Below, piece after piece: positions 46,636 through 57,664 of a DNA stretch of 64,000 nt. The DNA is taken from contig DEBI01000134.1 in assembly GCA_002348465.1 (NCBI GenBank), positions 375 to 64,374 of the forward strand. Direction: 5' to 3'. The stretch is from Gemmatimonadales bacterium UBA2960. GTDB lineage: Bacteria; Gemmatimonadota; Gemmatimonadetes; Longimicrobiales; Gaopeijiaceae. The notes below the pieces were generated by a model that searched no databases, was not told the DNA's origin, and saw only the letters and a program-made list of their open reading frames with translations. The translations under genes were made by a program, and so were the position numbers. Position 1 is the stretch's first letter, and each line of letters opens with the position of its first letter.

Positions 46636-47421
46636 ATGTCTCTACACGATGCGTATGCTCGGATTACTCCGTGGGAACTTGCGTTTGTATCTGAAAAAGA
46701 TGCCCGAAAATTTGTGAGTTCGGTCCAAGAAGAGTCCGAGGGTCGTGGCGCTGACCCGCAGATGCTCGAGTCCTTTCTGACTATGGCTTCAGTCGATCAA
46801 TTCATTCTCGGTTTGGGGGGCGCCGAAAGTGAGGAAGGGGCCTCCATGCGTTTCGGAGGGCTAGCGTTTCACCTATATCACTTTACGACTGAGAGTTGTC
46901 CTCTTTATCTGCTGACTGTAGACGCAGCCCGATATCTGGTGGAAGGAAGACCACCGGGTTCTCCAACTCTCCCTGGTGCTTCGGGGTATCTGCAGTTGCC
47001 GCAACACTTCTTTTGGACGGGAGTTGCGTCGTCTGGGGCTTCGCAGGAGTCGATCGACGGGATTTTTTGGACAGCGACGTCGGGCGGTCTTCTTCACACG
47101 CTCTTGGTCACTGGTATTAGACCGGACAGACCAGGCCTCGGTGTTATCCCATTACCTCCTGCACCTCTGAATGATGCTCCAATATGGCTAGACCTTGAAG
47201 CTCGTGGTACTGAGGATGACTTCTCGGCCTCACTCCCGGGTGGCGAACTAGATGGCCTGTACGGCGTGTCGACTGCCGGCGAGGTTTTTAAGCTTTTGGC
47301 CCGAATCTTTGCCTATATATCGAGTGACCAGGGCAGGCTCGAGGCCGAAGCGCCGCACGAAGGTGAGCAAGCTCCAGAGCCGTCTTGTTTGCCTTACACC
47401 CGGATCGGACGGGGCGTTTGA
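46636..47421 (+). CDS. Hypothetical protein (261 aa)
   Basis: Long ORF with coding-like composition. I recognise no motif. Confidence 0.45.
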   Translation: MSLHDAYARITPWELAFVSEKDARKFVSSVQEESEGRGADPQMLESFLTMASVDQFILGLGGAESEEGASMRFGGLAFHLYHFTTESCPLYLLTVDAARYLVEGRPPGSPTLPGASGYLQLPQHFFWTGVASSGASQESIDGIFWTATSGGLLHTLLVTGIRPDRPGLGVIPLPPAPLNDAPIWLDLEARGTEDDFSASLPGGELDGLYGVSTAGEVFKLLARIFAYISSDQGRLEAEAPHEGEQAPEPSCLPYTRIGRGV

Positions 47422-47585
47422 AGGAAGCTATGTTAGGAAAGTTTCTGGTTACCCCTAGTGAGTCTTCCTCGTTGAAGGTATGACCAACTCCTGCGGTGGT
47501 TTCCCGTGCCGAGTGAACGTTGACCGTTGTGTTACCGGGTACCAGCTTCGCGCACCACATCGTTCCTTCTAAATATGAGGATTCT

Positions 47586-48155
47586 ATGCCTGATCGTAGC
47601 GACGCTGTAGCCCTTCTTGAGGAGTGGGTCGAGAACGACGGCCTTCGCAAGCATATGTACTCTGTGGAAGCTGCAGTCCGACACTACGCGCGAATGCGCG
47701 GTGAAGACCAAGAGCTGTGGGGTTTGGCTGGCCTCCTTCATGATCTAGACTGGGAGAAGAGTCCTGAGAATCACCCACTGACTGCTGTTGACCATCTTCG
47801 GGAGCTTGGATATCCCGAAGAGGTGCTTCACGCAATCCTCGCTCACCGCTCCGACTTTACGGGTGTTGAGCCGACGAGTGACTTGGATAAGGTTCTTGTC
47901 GCTTGCGACGAGTTGTCTGGTTTGGTTTTCGCCACCTGCTTGGTTCGGCCTACCGGGATCGATGACCTGAAACCGAAATCCGTTACCAAGAAGCTTAAGG
48001 ACAAACAATTCGCAGCAGGCGTGAGCAGGGATGAAGTCCAGCGGGGGGTTGAGTTAATCGGTCTGGAGCGCTCGGAGCACATCCAGAATGTGATAGATGG
48101 GTTGCGATCTGTTGCAGATCAGTTGGGGCTCAGCGGGGTGGATCGTTCAGATTGA
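47586..48155 (+). CDS. HD-domain metal-dependent phosphohydrolase
   Basis: The ATG at 47586 is preceded by gagga. KHMYSVEAAVRHYA...AGLLHDLDWE (the H...HD motif) and AILAH. Confidence 0.75.
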   Translation: MPDRSDAVALLEEWVENDGLRKHMYSVEAAVRHYARMRGEDQELWGLAGLLHDLDWEKSPENHPLTAVDHLRELGYPEEVLHAILAHRSDFTGVEPTSDLDKVLVACDELSGLVFATCLVRPTGIDDLKPKSVTKKLKDKQFAAGVSRDEVQRGVELIGLERSEHIQNVIDGLRSVADQLGLSGVDRSD

Positions 48156-48426
48156 TTTTGCGGGCGATTGAAAATGACAGTCGCTTTCTTACCTCTGTTA
48201 GCGTGCATGTCTTCATGGTTCGCTGAACCCAGTGACGCATCATCCGTTCTGGAGCGTTGATTGGTCCGTCGCTCGAAGAGAATAAGGCTCCGAATCAGCT
48301 TGCCCGCCCCCCCAGCTTGCGCCACCTTACGCCGGCCGTTTTTCACTCCATGCACTGGAGTGGCAGGCGGCCGCCGAATGCTCAAACAAACGATCAACCG
48401 GCCGCTGCCGGGCGAGAGGAACGCCT

Positions 48427-48543
48427 ATGACGACCAGTACTTGGATCACGATGATCGTGGTCATGGCTTTCGTCTGGGGTGGTTTCGCCACCGTGCTGCT
48501 CACCGCTATCCGAAAGGAGTCAGGCAAGAGCAGTGACGCTTAA
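48427..48543 (+). CDS. 38-aa single-TM protein resembling the small subunit (MetS-type) of NSS amino-acid importers
   Basis: Below the track cutoff. ATG at 48427 with gagagga upstream. My translation is MTTSTWITMIVVMAFVWGGFATVLLTAIRKESGKSSDA, stop TAA at 48541-48543. The I.M.IV....VWGG core followed by a basic tail matches my recollection of MetS-like proteins. Confidence 0.5.
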   Translation: MTTSTWITMIVVMAFVWGGFATVLLTAIRKESGKSSDA

Positions 48544-48582
48544 GGTTACTTCGCCAGCGCGGCCTCGGCTTCAAGGACGCTC

Positions 48583-51500
48583 GTGCCTAGACGCGACGAC
48601 TTAGACACGATTCTCATCTTGGGTTCTGGACCGATTGTGATCGGTCAAGCCTGCGAGTTCGACTATTCCGGTACGCAGTCCGTGCGTGCTCTGAAGGAAG
48701 AGGGATACCGGGTCGTTTTGGTGAACTCGAATCCGGCTACGATCATGACTGATCCTGATATAGCGGATCAGACATACATTGAACCGATCACTGCGGAGTG
48801 GGTCGAGAAAGTTATTGAGAAAGAAAAGCCGGACGCTCTCTTGCCGACTATGGGTGGACAGACTGCGCTCAATGTGGCGATGGACCTCCATCGTGCAGGG
48901 GTTCTGGAGAAACACGGTGTCGAACTGATCGGTGCCAACGAGACATCGATTGAGATGGCTGAAGACCGCGAGCAGTTTGCCGAGGCGATGGAGCGTATTG
49001 GCCTAAAAGTGCCGACCGGTGGCTTCGCGAAAACGCTGGAAGAAGCTCTTGAGATAGTGGAGAGTACAGAGTATCCAGCGATTGTTCGACCCTCGTACAC
49101 TCTTGGTGGTACTGGCGGGGGAATCGCGTACAACAGGGAAGAGTTCGAAGTCCAAGTTCGAAAGGGGCTCGATGCGTCTCCCATTACAGAGGTTCTGATT
49201 GATCGTTCGATTTTGGGATGGAAGGAGTACGAACTTGAGGTTGTTCGTGACGGTGTTGATAACGTCATCATTATCTGCGCCATAGAAAATATTGACCCGA
49301 TGGGAGTGCATACCGGAGACTCAATAACCGTCGCGCCCGCGCAGACGTTGACGGATGTTGAGTACCAAGAGATGCGTGACGCATCGATTGCGATCATCCG
49401 AGAAATTGGTGTGGAAGCCGGTGGTTGTAACGTGCAGTTTGCAGTCAGTCCCGAGACTGGCGAGATGCTTGTCATCGAGATGAATCCAAGAGTCTCTCGC
49501 TCCTCCGCCTTGGCCTCTAAGGCGACCGGATTCCCGATAGCTCGAGTCGGCGCCAAGCTGGCAGTGGGATACCATCTCCACGAGTTGCCGAACGATATCA
49601 CCAAGACGACACCGGCATCGTTTGAACCAGTGCTTGATTACACCGTCATCAAGATTCCCCGCTTCGCCTTTGAGAAGTTCTCTGAGGTTGACGATACTCT
49701 GGGCGTGCAGATGAAGTCGGTTGGGGAAGTGATGGCGATTGGGCGGACGTTTCGGAGTGCTTGGCAAAAAGGATTTCGAGGTCTCGAAACCGACCGGACC
49801 GGCTGGGTTGTTGGGTCAGAGTTGAAGGACGACGGGTTAGAAGCAGAAGACCGTAATGCGCTGCTTTCGGCACTCCGCCGACCCACCGCGCATAGGCCGT
49901 TTCAGCTCAAGCGCGCGCTCCAGTCGGGCTTGACCGTGGACGAGATCTTCGAAGCTACCAAGATCGATCCGTGGTTTTTGGATCAGTTCCTTCAGATCAT
50001 CGAATGGGAACGGACCTACGCTGAGGCGGAGGAGATCACCCCTGAAATCACTCACGCGATGAAGAGAGAGGGGTTCAGCGATATACAAATGGCGGCCTTA
50101 AGGGGGGAGGACGAAGCCACAGTGCGCGAACGGAGATGGAGTTGGGACATCCATCCTACGTACAATGTGGTAGACACCTGTGCAGGTGAGTTCCCTGCTC
50201 AGACTCCTTATTTCTATTCGTCGTACGAGACCGAATCCGAATCAGAGCCATCGGCTAGGGAGAAGGTCGTCATCCTCGGAAGTGGCCCGAACCGAATCGG
50301 TCAAGGGATTGAGTTCGACTACTGCTGTGTGCAGGCCGTACTCGCGCTAAGAGAGGCGGGCTTCGAGACGATCATGGTTAATTCCAACCCAGAGACGGTA
50401 TCCACAGACTTTGATGTTAGTGACAAGCTATACTTCGAGCCGCTGACACTAGAGGATGTGCTGGAGATCCTGTACCTAGAGCAACCGAAGGGCGTGATCG
50501 TTCAGTTGGGTGGCCAGACGCCACTCAAGCTCGCGAAGGGCTTAGAGGAATTTGGGGCTCCAGTTTTAGGTACATCAGTTGATGCGATCGACCGGGCTGA
50601 GGATCGCGACCGTTTCGATGAGGTTTGCCGGATCGTCGGAGCTCGAACTCCGGATAACGGGATTGCGACCTCAGAAGAAGAAGCCCTCAGGGTAGCTAAA
50701 AAGATCGGATTTCCAGTGCTTGTGCGTCCAAGTTACGTCCTCGGAGGTCGAGCAATGAGGATCATCTACGACGAGCCATCACTGCGGCGGTATTTTGAGG
50801 AGGCAGTGAAGGCGTCTCCCGACCGTCCGGTTCTCATAGATTCGTTCCTAGAGGATGCGTTCGAAGCGGATGTTGACTGCCTGTGTGACGGTACAGACGT
50901 CGTGATAGGTGGAATTATGCAGCACATTGAGGACGCAGGTGTGCATTCTGGTGATTCCGCGTGTGTACTGCCCCCGTATTTACTTTCTGGTGACGCGCTG
51001 GAAGAAATCAGGGATATGACCCGAAAGTTCGCACTGGAGCTTGGGGTGGTAGGCTTGATGAATGTTCAGTATGCCATCCGCGATGGAATCGTTTACGTAC
51101 TAGAGGTGAATCCTCGTGCTTCCCGGACGATCCCTTTTGTAAGTAAGGCTACCGGGGTTCCTTTGGCGCGTCTTGCTTCACGTATTATGGCTGGCGAGAG
51201 GCTAGCCGAACTAAACGTTTCTGAGGAGCCGCCAGTTCCAGGAGTAGCTGTTAAGGAAGCCGCATTTCCATTCAACCGTTTCGATGTCGATGTACTGCTG
51301 GGACCTGAAATGAGGTCGACGGGTGAGGTGATGGGGTTCGACGATTCGTTCGGTATGGCTTTTGCGAAAGCTCAGGTTTCAGCAGGCAACGTGCTCCCAG
51401 AGTCAGGGCGGGTCATCGTCACGGTGAACGAGCGTGACCGCGAGACCGTGACGCCCATGCTGAGGCGGCTAAGTGATTTAGGCTTCGAGCTGATGGCGAC

Positions 51501-51825
51501 ACGTGGGATGCACGGGTATCTGACTCGACTGGGTGTAACTGCTGAAATGGTGTACAAGGTCAACGAGGGTCGACCAAACATTGTCGACCACATTGTGACG
51601 GGTGATATCGCATTACTTATAAACACGCCTCTAGGTAAGCAGTCCCAGTACGATGACTATGCCATGCGCCGTGCAGCAATCACCTACGGTGTGCCTTATC
51701 TGACGACCATGTCTGCAACGTCGGCGGCGGTAGATGCGCTGATCGCTCTCCGCACCACACGGCGGGATGTTCGATCATTGCAGGAACGAATCGAGTCGGT
51801 TCAAGTAGCCGAGAACGCGGGCTGA
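48583..51825 (+). CDS. carB: Carbamoyl-phosphate synthase large subunit
   Basis: [23 protein letters not shown], a duplicated ATP-grasp halves architecture (second half [22 protein letters not shown]) and a C-terminal MGS-like domain. 1080 aa. Confidence 0.97.
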   Translation: MPRRDDLDTILILGSGPIVIGQACEFDYSGTQSVRALKEEGYRVVLVNSNPATIMTDPDIADQTYIEPITAEWVEKVIEKEKPDALLPTMGGQTALNVAMDLHRAGVLEKHGVELIGANETSIEMAEDREQFAEAMERIGLKVPTGGFAKTLEEALEIVESTEYPAIVRPSYTLGGTGGGIAYNREEFEVQVRKGLDASPITEVLIDRSILGWKEYELEVVRDGVDNVIIICAIENIDPMGVHTGDSITVAPAQTLTDVEYQEMRDASIAIIREIGVEAGGCNVQFAVSPETGEMLVIEMNPRVSRSSALASKATGFPIARVGAKLAVGYHLHELPNDITKTTPASFEPVLDYTVIKIPRFAFEKFSEVDDTLGVQMKSVGEVMAIGRTFRSAWQKGFRGLETDRTGWVVGSELKDDGLEAEDRNALLSALRRPTAHRPFQLKRALQSGLTVDEIFEATKIDPWFLDQFLQIIEWERTYAEAEEITPEITHAMKREGFSDIQMAALRGEDEATVRERRWSWDIHPTYNVVDTCAGEFPAQTPYFYSSYETESESEPSAREKVVILGSGPNRIGQGIEFDYCCVQAVLALREAGFETIMVNSNPETVSTDFDVSDKLYFEPLTLEDVLEILYLEQPKGVIVQLGGQTPLKLAKGLEEFGAPVLGTSVDAIDRAEDRDRFDEVCRIVGARTPDNGIATSEEEALRVAKKIGFPVLVRPSYVLGGRAMRIIYDEPSLRRYFEEAVKASPDRPVLIDSFLEDAFEADVDCLCDGTDVVIGGIMQHIEDAGVHSGDSACVLPPYLLSGDALEEIRDMTRKFALELGVVGLMNVQYAIRDGIVYVLEVNPRASRTIPFVSKATGVPLARLASRIMAGERLAELNVSEEPPVPGVAVKEAAFPFNRFDVDVLLGPEMRSTGEVMGFDDSFGMAFAKAQVSAGNVLPESGRVIVTVNERDRETVTPMLRRLSDLGFELMATRGMHGYLTRLGVTAEMVYKVNEGRPNIVDHIVTGDIALLINTPLGKQSQYDDYAMRRAAITYGVPYLTTMSATSAAVDALIALRTTRRDVRSLQERIESVQVAENAG

Positions 51826-51885
51826 CTCCGAAATCCTGGGTCATGGTGACAGAGGATTTATGAAACAGCCGGAGGTGATGAACAC

Positions 51886-52866
51886 ATGGGTTCGATGACC
51901 GGCTTCTATCTCCATCCAGCGTCTTCGTTACACGACACTGGATGGGGGCACCCTGAACACCAAGGTCGCTTGCGTGCGTTGGCTTCGACGGTGGGTAAGG
52001 ATCTGTTGACCTTGCATGGGCACGTCGACCAGATGAAGTCAGGTGATGCATCTTTGGAGGATCTAGGTCTAGTACATACCTCAGCTCACATCAATTCTGT
52101 GAGAGCGGTTTGTGATAGGGCTAAAGAGTCGGGGCGGATCGAGTCTGTGGCGGCGGATACAAATGTGTCGGCTTCATCATGGGAAGCGGCGCTGGGGAGT
52201 GTAGGCTCGGCAATCGAGGCGGCCAGAGCGGTCGCGGAAGGAGAGATCTCGAATGCTTTTGTAGCCGCCCGTCCCCCTGGTCACCACGCTAGACCGGACG
52301 GTGCCATGGGCTTCTGTCTGTTCAACAACGTGGGAGTTGCCGCGCGATGGTTACAGGCTATGAACCTAGCTGAGCGCATATTGATCTTGGATTGGGATGT
52401 TCACCACGGAAACGGCACTCAGGACACGTTCTACGAGGATGACAGTGTCTTCTTCGTTTCTTTACATCAGTCTTCACACTACCCCGGATCGGGTGCTGCG
52501 GATGAGACGGGCGCCGGCTTAGGGCTGGGCCGAACATTAAATGTGCCACTTTCTGAGGGGACAAGTGCAGAGACCTACAAAGATGTTTTTGCAGAGACGT
52601 TGGCTTCTGTAGCAGACCGATTCGATCCTGATTTCGTGCTTGTATCGTCTGGTTTCGATTGTTTAGCGGGTGATCCACTGGGTGGCTTTTTGCTCGAGCC
52701 TGAAGATTTACACTGGATGACTCGCCGGGTGACAGAATACGCTTCTGCCTCATGTAACGGCCGGATCGTAGCTGTTCTTGAGGGTGGGTACGACCCTAAG
52801 CGTTTGGGTGCGGGCACGTTGGCTGTTATCCGGGCCCTAGCGGATCTTGAGGTCCAGGGAGACTGA
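51886..52866 (+). CDS. Histone deacetylase-family (acetoin utilisation/acetylpolyamine amidohydrolase-like) deacetylase
   Basis: RPPGHHA, ILDWDVHHGNGTQ, SSGFDCLAGDPLG and EGGY blocks. Confidence 0.9.
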   Translation: MGSMTGFYLHPASSLHDTGWGHPEHQGRLRALASTVGKDLLTLHGHVDQMKSGDASLEDLGLVHTSAHINSVRAVCDRAKESGRIESVAADTNVSASSWEAALGSVGSAIEAARAVAEGEISNAFVAARPPGHHARPDGAMGFCLFNNVGVAARWLQAMNLAERILILDWDVHHGNGTQDTFYEDDSVFFVSLHQSSHYPGSGAADETGAGLGLGRTLNVPLSEGTSAETYKDVFAETLASVADRFDPDFVLVSSGFDCLAGDPLGGFLLEPEDLHWMTRRVTEYASASCNGRIVAVLEGGYDPKRLGAGTLAVIRALADLEVQGD

Positions 52867-52911
52867 GCGACTCGTTGCCCAAGGCATCGTGGCCCGTACC
52901 TTTACATCACC

Positions 52912-53985
52912 ATGCGTTTGACCGAGAAAGGGGCGATCGCCCATGCTCTAAACATCCCGTCCATGCTGGATGTGGTGAGACTCAGCCCGCGGAAAATTTT
53001 TCCGCTAGGCGGAGTTGAGCTTTATCGACAGATAGCGGTTCTGACAGAGATGCGGTCGGGAACAGAAGTTCTAGCTGTGGCGGCAGGAGCGGGCATTCCA
53101 CTTCAGTATTTTGCAACTGAATTTGGTGTTAACGCTGCGGGGATCGACATCGATCCGTCTATGACAGTAGAAGCTGACTCGGCGAGCCGTGAGCTTGAGG
53201 CGGGGGATAGATTGCAGTTCCAGTCAAATTCCTCTGATAGCCTGCCTTATAGGGACGATATCTTCGACGTCACGATCGGTGAGATTGGACTAGCGAACCA
53301 TTGTGATCCTGAAGATGCCGTGAGTGAAATGGTCCGCGTGACGAAGCCGGATGGATTCGTGGTGCTCGTCCAGTTGGTCTGGAAGGCACCTGTGGAAGCG
53401 ACCAGAAAAATGATTCTATCAGATCATCTCGGGGTAAGACCTATCATGATTGCGGAGTGGAAGCGAATTCTCCGTGAGGTAGGAGTGGGGGGAGTGCGCG
53501 TTGAAGACTGGTCAGGTGAACGGGAAGTATTTCAACCTCGTTCGATAAAACCATTCGCTGATTTCTGGGCGATCTTCACGCTCGCTGAGAGATTCACGAT
53601 TCTGAGGCGTGCTAGGAGACGGTGGGGGTTACGAGGCGTCTGGACGACTCTCTTGCGAGAGCGGGAAGCGCGTAGGTTGTTGACGAGCGAGCGTGTCCTT
53701 GGACTCAATCTTATTTGTGGGCGTAAGGTCGGCACTGAGTCGGTGTATTCGGACCGCACGTTCAAACAAATAGATGAGATGGTGTCATCGGAAGGTGCGA
53801 GCCTCGTACCAGAGTTACCACTCGATGGCCCTGAGCCACCCCTCCCTGGGGAAGAGGTTCTGGAGCAAACTGAAAGAATCAGGACGGAAGATGGTGATTC
53901 CCGATCTTCGGATAGAGCCGAGGACCAAACTGAAACTGCCGGGCTCCCTCTTTTTGGAGAGAGAATGACCCGCGGGAAAGAGTGA
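52912..53985 (+). CDS. Class I SAM-dependent methyltransferase with a long charged C-terminal extension
   Basis: VLAVAAGAGIPLQYFA...AAGIDIDPSM (motif I / post-I) and MVRVTKPDGFVVLV. The C-terminal ~150 aa are Arg/Glu-rich and low complexity. Confidence 0.65.
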   Translation: MRLTEKGAIAHALNIPSMLDVVRLSPRKIFPLGGVELYRQIAVLTEMRSGTEVLAVAAGAGIPLQYFATEFGVNAAGIDIDPSMTVEADSASRELEAGDRLQFQSNSSDSLPYRDDIFDVTIGEIGLANHCDPEDAVSEMVRVTKPDGFVVLVQLVWKAPVEATRKMILSDHLGVRPIMIAEWKRILREVGVGGVRVEDWSGEREVFQPRSIKPFADFWAIFTLAERFTILRRARRRWGLRGVWTTLLREREARRLLTSERVLGLNLICGRKVGTESVYSDRTFKQIDEMVSSEGASLVPELPLDGPEPPLPGEEVLEQTERIRTEDGDSRSSDRAEDQTETAGLPLFGERMTRGKE

Positions 53986-55184
53986 ATGACGTGAGCATAC
54001 CATTTCTATGCACTCGGGACGGGATTGAACGAGTTCAGGTCACCCTGCGTGAACAGGGGTTCGGTGGGTGGCTCCTTTATGAGTTTCACCATAACAACCC
54101 GGTTTCGGTGGCATTGCTGGGACTGGGAAAGACGTCTCGGCGTGCGTTTGTGCTAGTTCCAGCGGAAGGGGAGCCGGTGGCGATGATCCATGCTATCGAG
54201 GCCTCGTCTTGGAGGCATTGGCCATTTGAACGTGTTAGTTATTCGGGATGGAGGGATATGGAAGAGAAGCTCGGCGAACTAGTTCAAGGTCATGACCGTC
54301 TCGCGATGGAAGTCTCCCCGGGCGCGGCTGTGCCGACTCTCGATTACGTACCTGCCGGTATTGCTGGTCTAATACTTGAGCATGGGGTAGAGATCGCGTC
54401 CTCGGGCGATCTGGTGTCTGCATTCCACTCCGTGCTGTCTGAGGGGCAACTCAATGACCACAAGCGTGCCTCTGTGATTGTGAAGGATGTAGCACGAGCT
54501 GCGTTTGAGAGAGCTGCGGATGCTCTACGCTCTGGGAACCCGACAACTGAGGGTGCCCTCTCGGAGTGGATTGTCCAGGAACTCCAGTCGCAAGGGTTGG
54601 TTGACCAGGTCTCTTGCATCGTGGCGATTGGGCCGTGCGCTTCAGACTCTCACTATGCCCCCATTGGAGATGGTGAAACGATAAACCGTGGTGACCTTCT
54701 ACTTATAGACCTATGGGGTGCGTTTATGGGTTCCGTCGCAGCAGATCAGACATGGATGGGAGTCATGGCTTCGAGAGTCGATGCACGCACTCAGGAGATC
54801 TGGGAAGCGGTGCGCGACGCTCGAGATGCTGCGCTCGAATTCCTTAGGAGACGTGCTCTGGCTGAAAAGGAAGTGATGGGACTCGAAGTAGATGATGTCG
54901 CTCGGGGCGTGATCGAGGATCGCGGATTCGGTGAGTTCTTTGTGCACCGGACTGGACACTCTATCGACATTGATCTGCATGGGAGTGGCCCTAATCTGGA
55001 TAATCTCGAAAGTAGAGACGAGCGGAAGCTGATTCCGGGCCTAGCCTTTTCAGTCGAACCCGGTATCTACATTGAGAATGAGATTGGTGTTCGGAGTGAG
55101 GTGAACGTGTACTGGGGCGAAGAAGGACCTGAGATTACGCCTGAGGGCTATCAGAACGAGATCTTCAAGCTGCTCGACGATTGA
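53982..55184 (+). CDS. M24-family metallopeptidase (Xaa-Pro aminopeptidase-like)
   Basis: LLLIDLWG, HRTGHSIDIDLHG, FSVEPGIY and VRSEV are the pita-bread metal-ligand blocks. GTG start overlapping the upstream TGA. Confidence 0.85.
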   Translation: MNDVSIPFLCTRDGIERVQVTLREQGFGGWLLYEFHHNNPVSVALLGLGKTSRRAFVLVPAEGEPVAMIHAIEASSWRHWPFERVSYSGWRDMEEKLGELVQGHDRLAMEVSPGAAVPTLDYVPAGIAGLILEHGVEIASSGDLVSAFHSVLSEGQLNDHKRASVIVKDVARAAFERAADALRSGNPTTEGALSEWIVQELQSQGLVDQVSCIVAIGPCASDSHYAPIGDGETINRGDLLLIDLWGAFMGSVAADQTWMGVMASRVDARTQEIWEAVRDARDAALEFLRRRALAEKEVMGLEVDDVARGVIEDRGFGEFFVHRTGHSIDIDLHGSGPNLDNLESRDERKLIPGLAFSVEPGIYIENEIGVRSEVNVYWGEEGPEITPEGYQNEIFKLLDD

Positions 55185-57664
55185 TCGAGGGACGAACGCG
55201 TGTTGAAGTAGCGCTTCCGCTCCCCATTTACCGGACCTTTTCGTATGAGGTTCATGGCGAAGCTCCATTGCCAGGTACTCGCGTTCTCGTGCCCTTCAGA
55301 AGGCAAGAGCTTATCGGATGGATAACGGCGGATCGCCCTGACCCCGACGTTCAAAAGGTGAAAGCTGTTCTGGGCGTACTTGAGGACGTTCCTTCAGTAA
55401 CGCCTGACCTGATGGAGCTCTGTGGTTGGATGGCCGAGTACTACGTCGCCCCACTTGGCATAGCGATTAGGGCTTCGATTCCAGCGGTTCTCTCAGATGT
55501 ATCCCGAGACTACCTCTCACTCACCGGATTTCAGGGGGGAGACCTGAGTAATCGTGAAAAGCGCCTTTTGGAATGGCTGTCCGAGCGAAAAGGCCCACAG
55601 CGGGTCAAAACAACTCGTAACAACCTAGGTATTGGATCTATTTGGCCCGAGGTACGCTCCTTGATTGCGTCTGGGCATATCACTCACGAGACGGTCTCTC
55701 CACCAAGTCCTTCAGTTAAGACTCGGCGGGTCGTGCGCATTGTCCGTTCTCTTGAGAATCTCCTCGAGCGTGATCAGGCGTTTGGGAGAGGGAAGCGGCA
55801 GAGAGAGGCATTCGGGTTCATAGAAGCGGCGGGAAACTCCGTGGAACTTGCACGTCTTACTAAAGAAGAGGGGTTCAGCCGTGGGGTTGTTACTGCGCTG
55901 ACGGAAAAAGGGCTCGTTGAGGTAGTGGACGAAGAAGAGATCAGGGATCCCTTTGCGGGCGCTCCTCAAGGACAGTCTACAAGACATACACCCACAGCCG
56001 CGCAGCAGATCGCACTTAATGCTCTCCTCGAAGCATTGGACGAGAGAGATTCTAAGCCATTTCTTCTTCAGGGTGTTACGGGGTCAGGAAAGACACTCGT
56101 ATACATAGAACTTTTGCGGGAGGCCCTTAAGCGCGGTCAGACAGCGATCGTTCTGGTCCCAGAGATTGCGCTGACACCGCAGACTGTATCGCGGTTCCGG
56201 GCGCACTTTGGCGATGAGGTCGCTGTGCTTCATTCCGGACTCTCGTCTGGAGAGCGTTACGATGCTTGGCGAATGCTTCGTCGCGGGGAGCGCAGGATTG
56301 CGGTTGGCGCTAGGTCAGCTCTTTTCGCACCTATAGAGAACATTGGTGTGATTGTTGTCGACGAGGAGCATGACAGCAGCTATAAGCAATCGGAAGCCCC
56401 GAGGTATCATGCCCGTGATTTGGCTGTGATGAGGGCGCGGGCCCACGGGGCCGTGTGCGTTTTGGGAAGCGCAACCCCGTCGTTGGAGACTTGGCACAAT
56501 TCTTCGGTCGGTAAGTTCAGTCGTCTCGTACTTCCAGAGCGTGCGGGAGGAGGTCGTCTTCCCCTTGTTCAAGTCATAGACTTGCGGGCTGAGCGCAAGA
56601 AGGAAAAGTCGGAGCGCGGAGCTAAAGTACGTAAACAATCTCGTGGCTCGGGCGTGTTGACGGAGGATCTCGTTGAAGCCATCGATCTTCGCATCGCTCG
56701 GTCAGAACAGGTCATTCTTCTGCTGAATCGACGTGGGTATTCATCTTTTGTGCAGTGTAGAGAATGCGGTGAGGTCGAGCAGTGTGAAAATTGTTCTGTG
56801 TCGCTGACTTATCACCGAGTGACGCAGCGCATTGTTTGCCATCACTGCCGTTTCGAGGCCATCGCGCCGTCGCGGTGCACCAGGTGTGGCTCGACGGATA
56901 TTTCGTTTCGTGGATTAGGCACAGAGCAGGTCGAGCAGATTACGGCTGAGGCGTTCCCAGAAGCGCGCATAGCGCGGATGGATGTTGATACGACTTCGGG
57001 AAAGTGGGCACATCAGCGCATCCTAGAGAGAGTTGGCCGTGGTGAGATTGATATCCTTCTAGGCACTCAGATGATTGCGAAGGGATTAGATTTTCCACGA
57101 GTAACACTGGTGGGTGTTGTAAATGCCGATACCGGGATGCATCTCCCTGACTTCAGAGCCAGCGAGCGCACCTTTCAATTGCTTAGTCAGGTGGCAGGAC
57201 GGGCAGGACGGAGCGAGTTGGGAGGTGAAGTAATAATTCAGACCTCACTACCAGAGCATTACGCGGTCCGTGCGGCCGTGTCACACGATTTTGAATCATT
57301 CGCCGTGCGTGAGCTGCGTGAGCGAAAGAGTCCCTTGTATCCGCCGCATCTGAGAATCATCAACGTGGTGTTTAGCAGTCCAGACCAGCGTCTAGCGTTA
57401 CAAGCATCAGAAGAGGCCGCTAACTGGGTTCGTGCGGGGTTGGCGAGAAGAAAACGAGCCGGTGCTGCCGACCAATTGGAATTAGTGGGTCCAGCGCCAG
57501 CCCCAATCGAAAAGCTCCATGGTCGTTGGAGATGGCATTTCTTTCTTCGATCTAACTCTCCTCGGATCTTAGGGACGGTGGCCCGGGCTTTAGTCGAGAG
57601 GCTACGTCTACCCGCTGGCGACATCCGCCTGACACTCGATCGCGATCCGGTAGCCTTGCTTTAG
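55181..57664 (+). CDS. priA: Primosomal protein N' (replication restart helicase)
   Basis: VEVALPLPIYRTFSYEV N-terminus, GVTGSGKT Walker A, VVDEEHD, a Cys-rich zinc region CRECGEVEQCENCSVSLTYH...CHHCRF...CTRCGS, and LGTQMIAKG. Confidence 0.95.
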   Translation: MIEGRTRVEVALPLPIYRTFSYEVHGEAPLPGTRVLVPFRRQELIGWITADRPDPDVQKVKAVLGVLEDVPSVTPDLMELCGWMAEYYVAPLGIAIRASIPAVLSDVSRDYLSLTGFQGGDLSNREKRLLEWLSERKGPQRVKTTRNNLGIGSIWPEVRSLIASGHITHETVSPPSPSVKTRRVVRIVRSLENLLERDQAFGRGKRQREAFGFIEAAGNSVELARLTKEEGFSRGVVTALTEKGLVEVVDEEEIRDPFAGAPQGQSTRHTPTAAQQIALNALLEALDERDSKPFLLQGVTGSGKTLVYIELLREALKRGQTAIVLVPEIALTPQTVSRFRAHFGDEVAVLHSGLSSGERYDAWRMLRRGERRIAVGARSALFAPIENIGVIVVDEEHDSSYKQSEAPRYHARDLAVMRARAHGAVCVLGSATPSLETWHNSSVGKFSRLVLPERAGGGRLPLVQVIDLRAERKKEKSERGAKVRKQSRGSGVLTEDLVEAIDLRIARSEQVILLLNRRGYSSFVQCRECGEVEQCENCSVSLTYHRVTQRIVCHHCRFEAIAPSRCTRCGSTDISFRGLGTEQVEQITAEAFPEARIARMDVDTTSGKWAHQRILERVGRGEIDILLGTQMIAKGLDFPRVTLVGVVNADTGMHLPDFRASERTFQLLSQVAGRAGRSELGGEVIIQTSLPEHYAVRAAVSHDFESFAVRELRERKSPLYPPHLRIINVVFSSPDQRLALQASEEAANWVRAGLARRKRAGAADQLELVGPAPAPIEKLHGRWRWHFFLRSNSPRILGTVARALVERLRLPAGDIRLTLDRDPVALL

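Noticed and set aside
48261-48536. 91-aa track ORF (MVRRSKRIRLRISLPAPPACATLRRP...).
   Set aside because: It is Arg-rich and low complexity with no ribosome-binding site. It overlaps, in another frame, the better-supported 38-aa membrane ORF at 48427-48543.
48768-49604. Long antisense ORFs inside well-supported genes. Examples: 278 aa opposite carB, 11815-12459 opposite the Mo/FeS subunits, 16804-17574 opposite the FeS-NrfD gene, 39376-40056 opposite the amidohydrolase, 43315-43941 opposite glyQS, and 42478-43056 opposite nfuA.
   Set aside because: Each lies fully inside a gene with strong family motifs on the other strand. The translations are Arg/Ser/Pro-rich with no recognisable motifs, which is typical of shadow ORFs in moderately GC-rich coding DNA.
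48583-51825. carB without an adjacent carA.
   Set aside because: Separated carA and carB genes occur in many bacteria, and carA may simply lie outside this window. Not informative.
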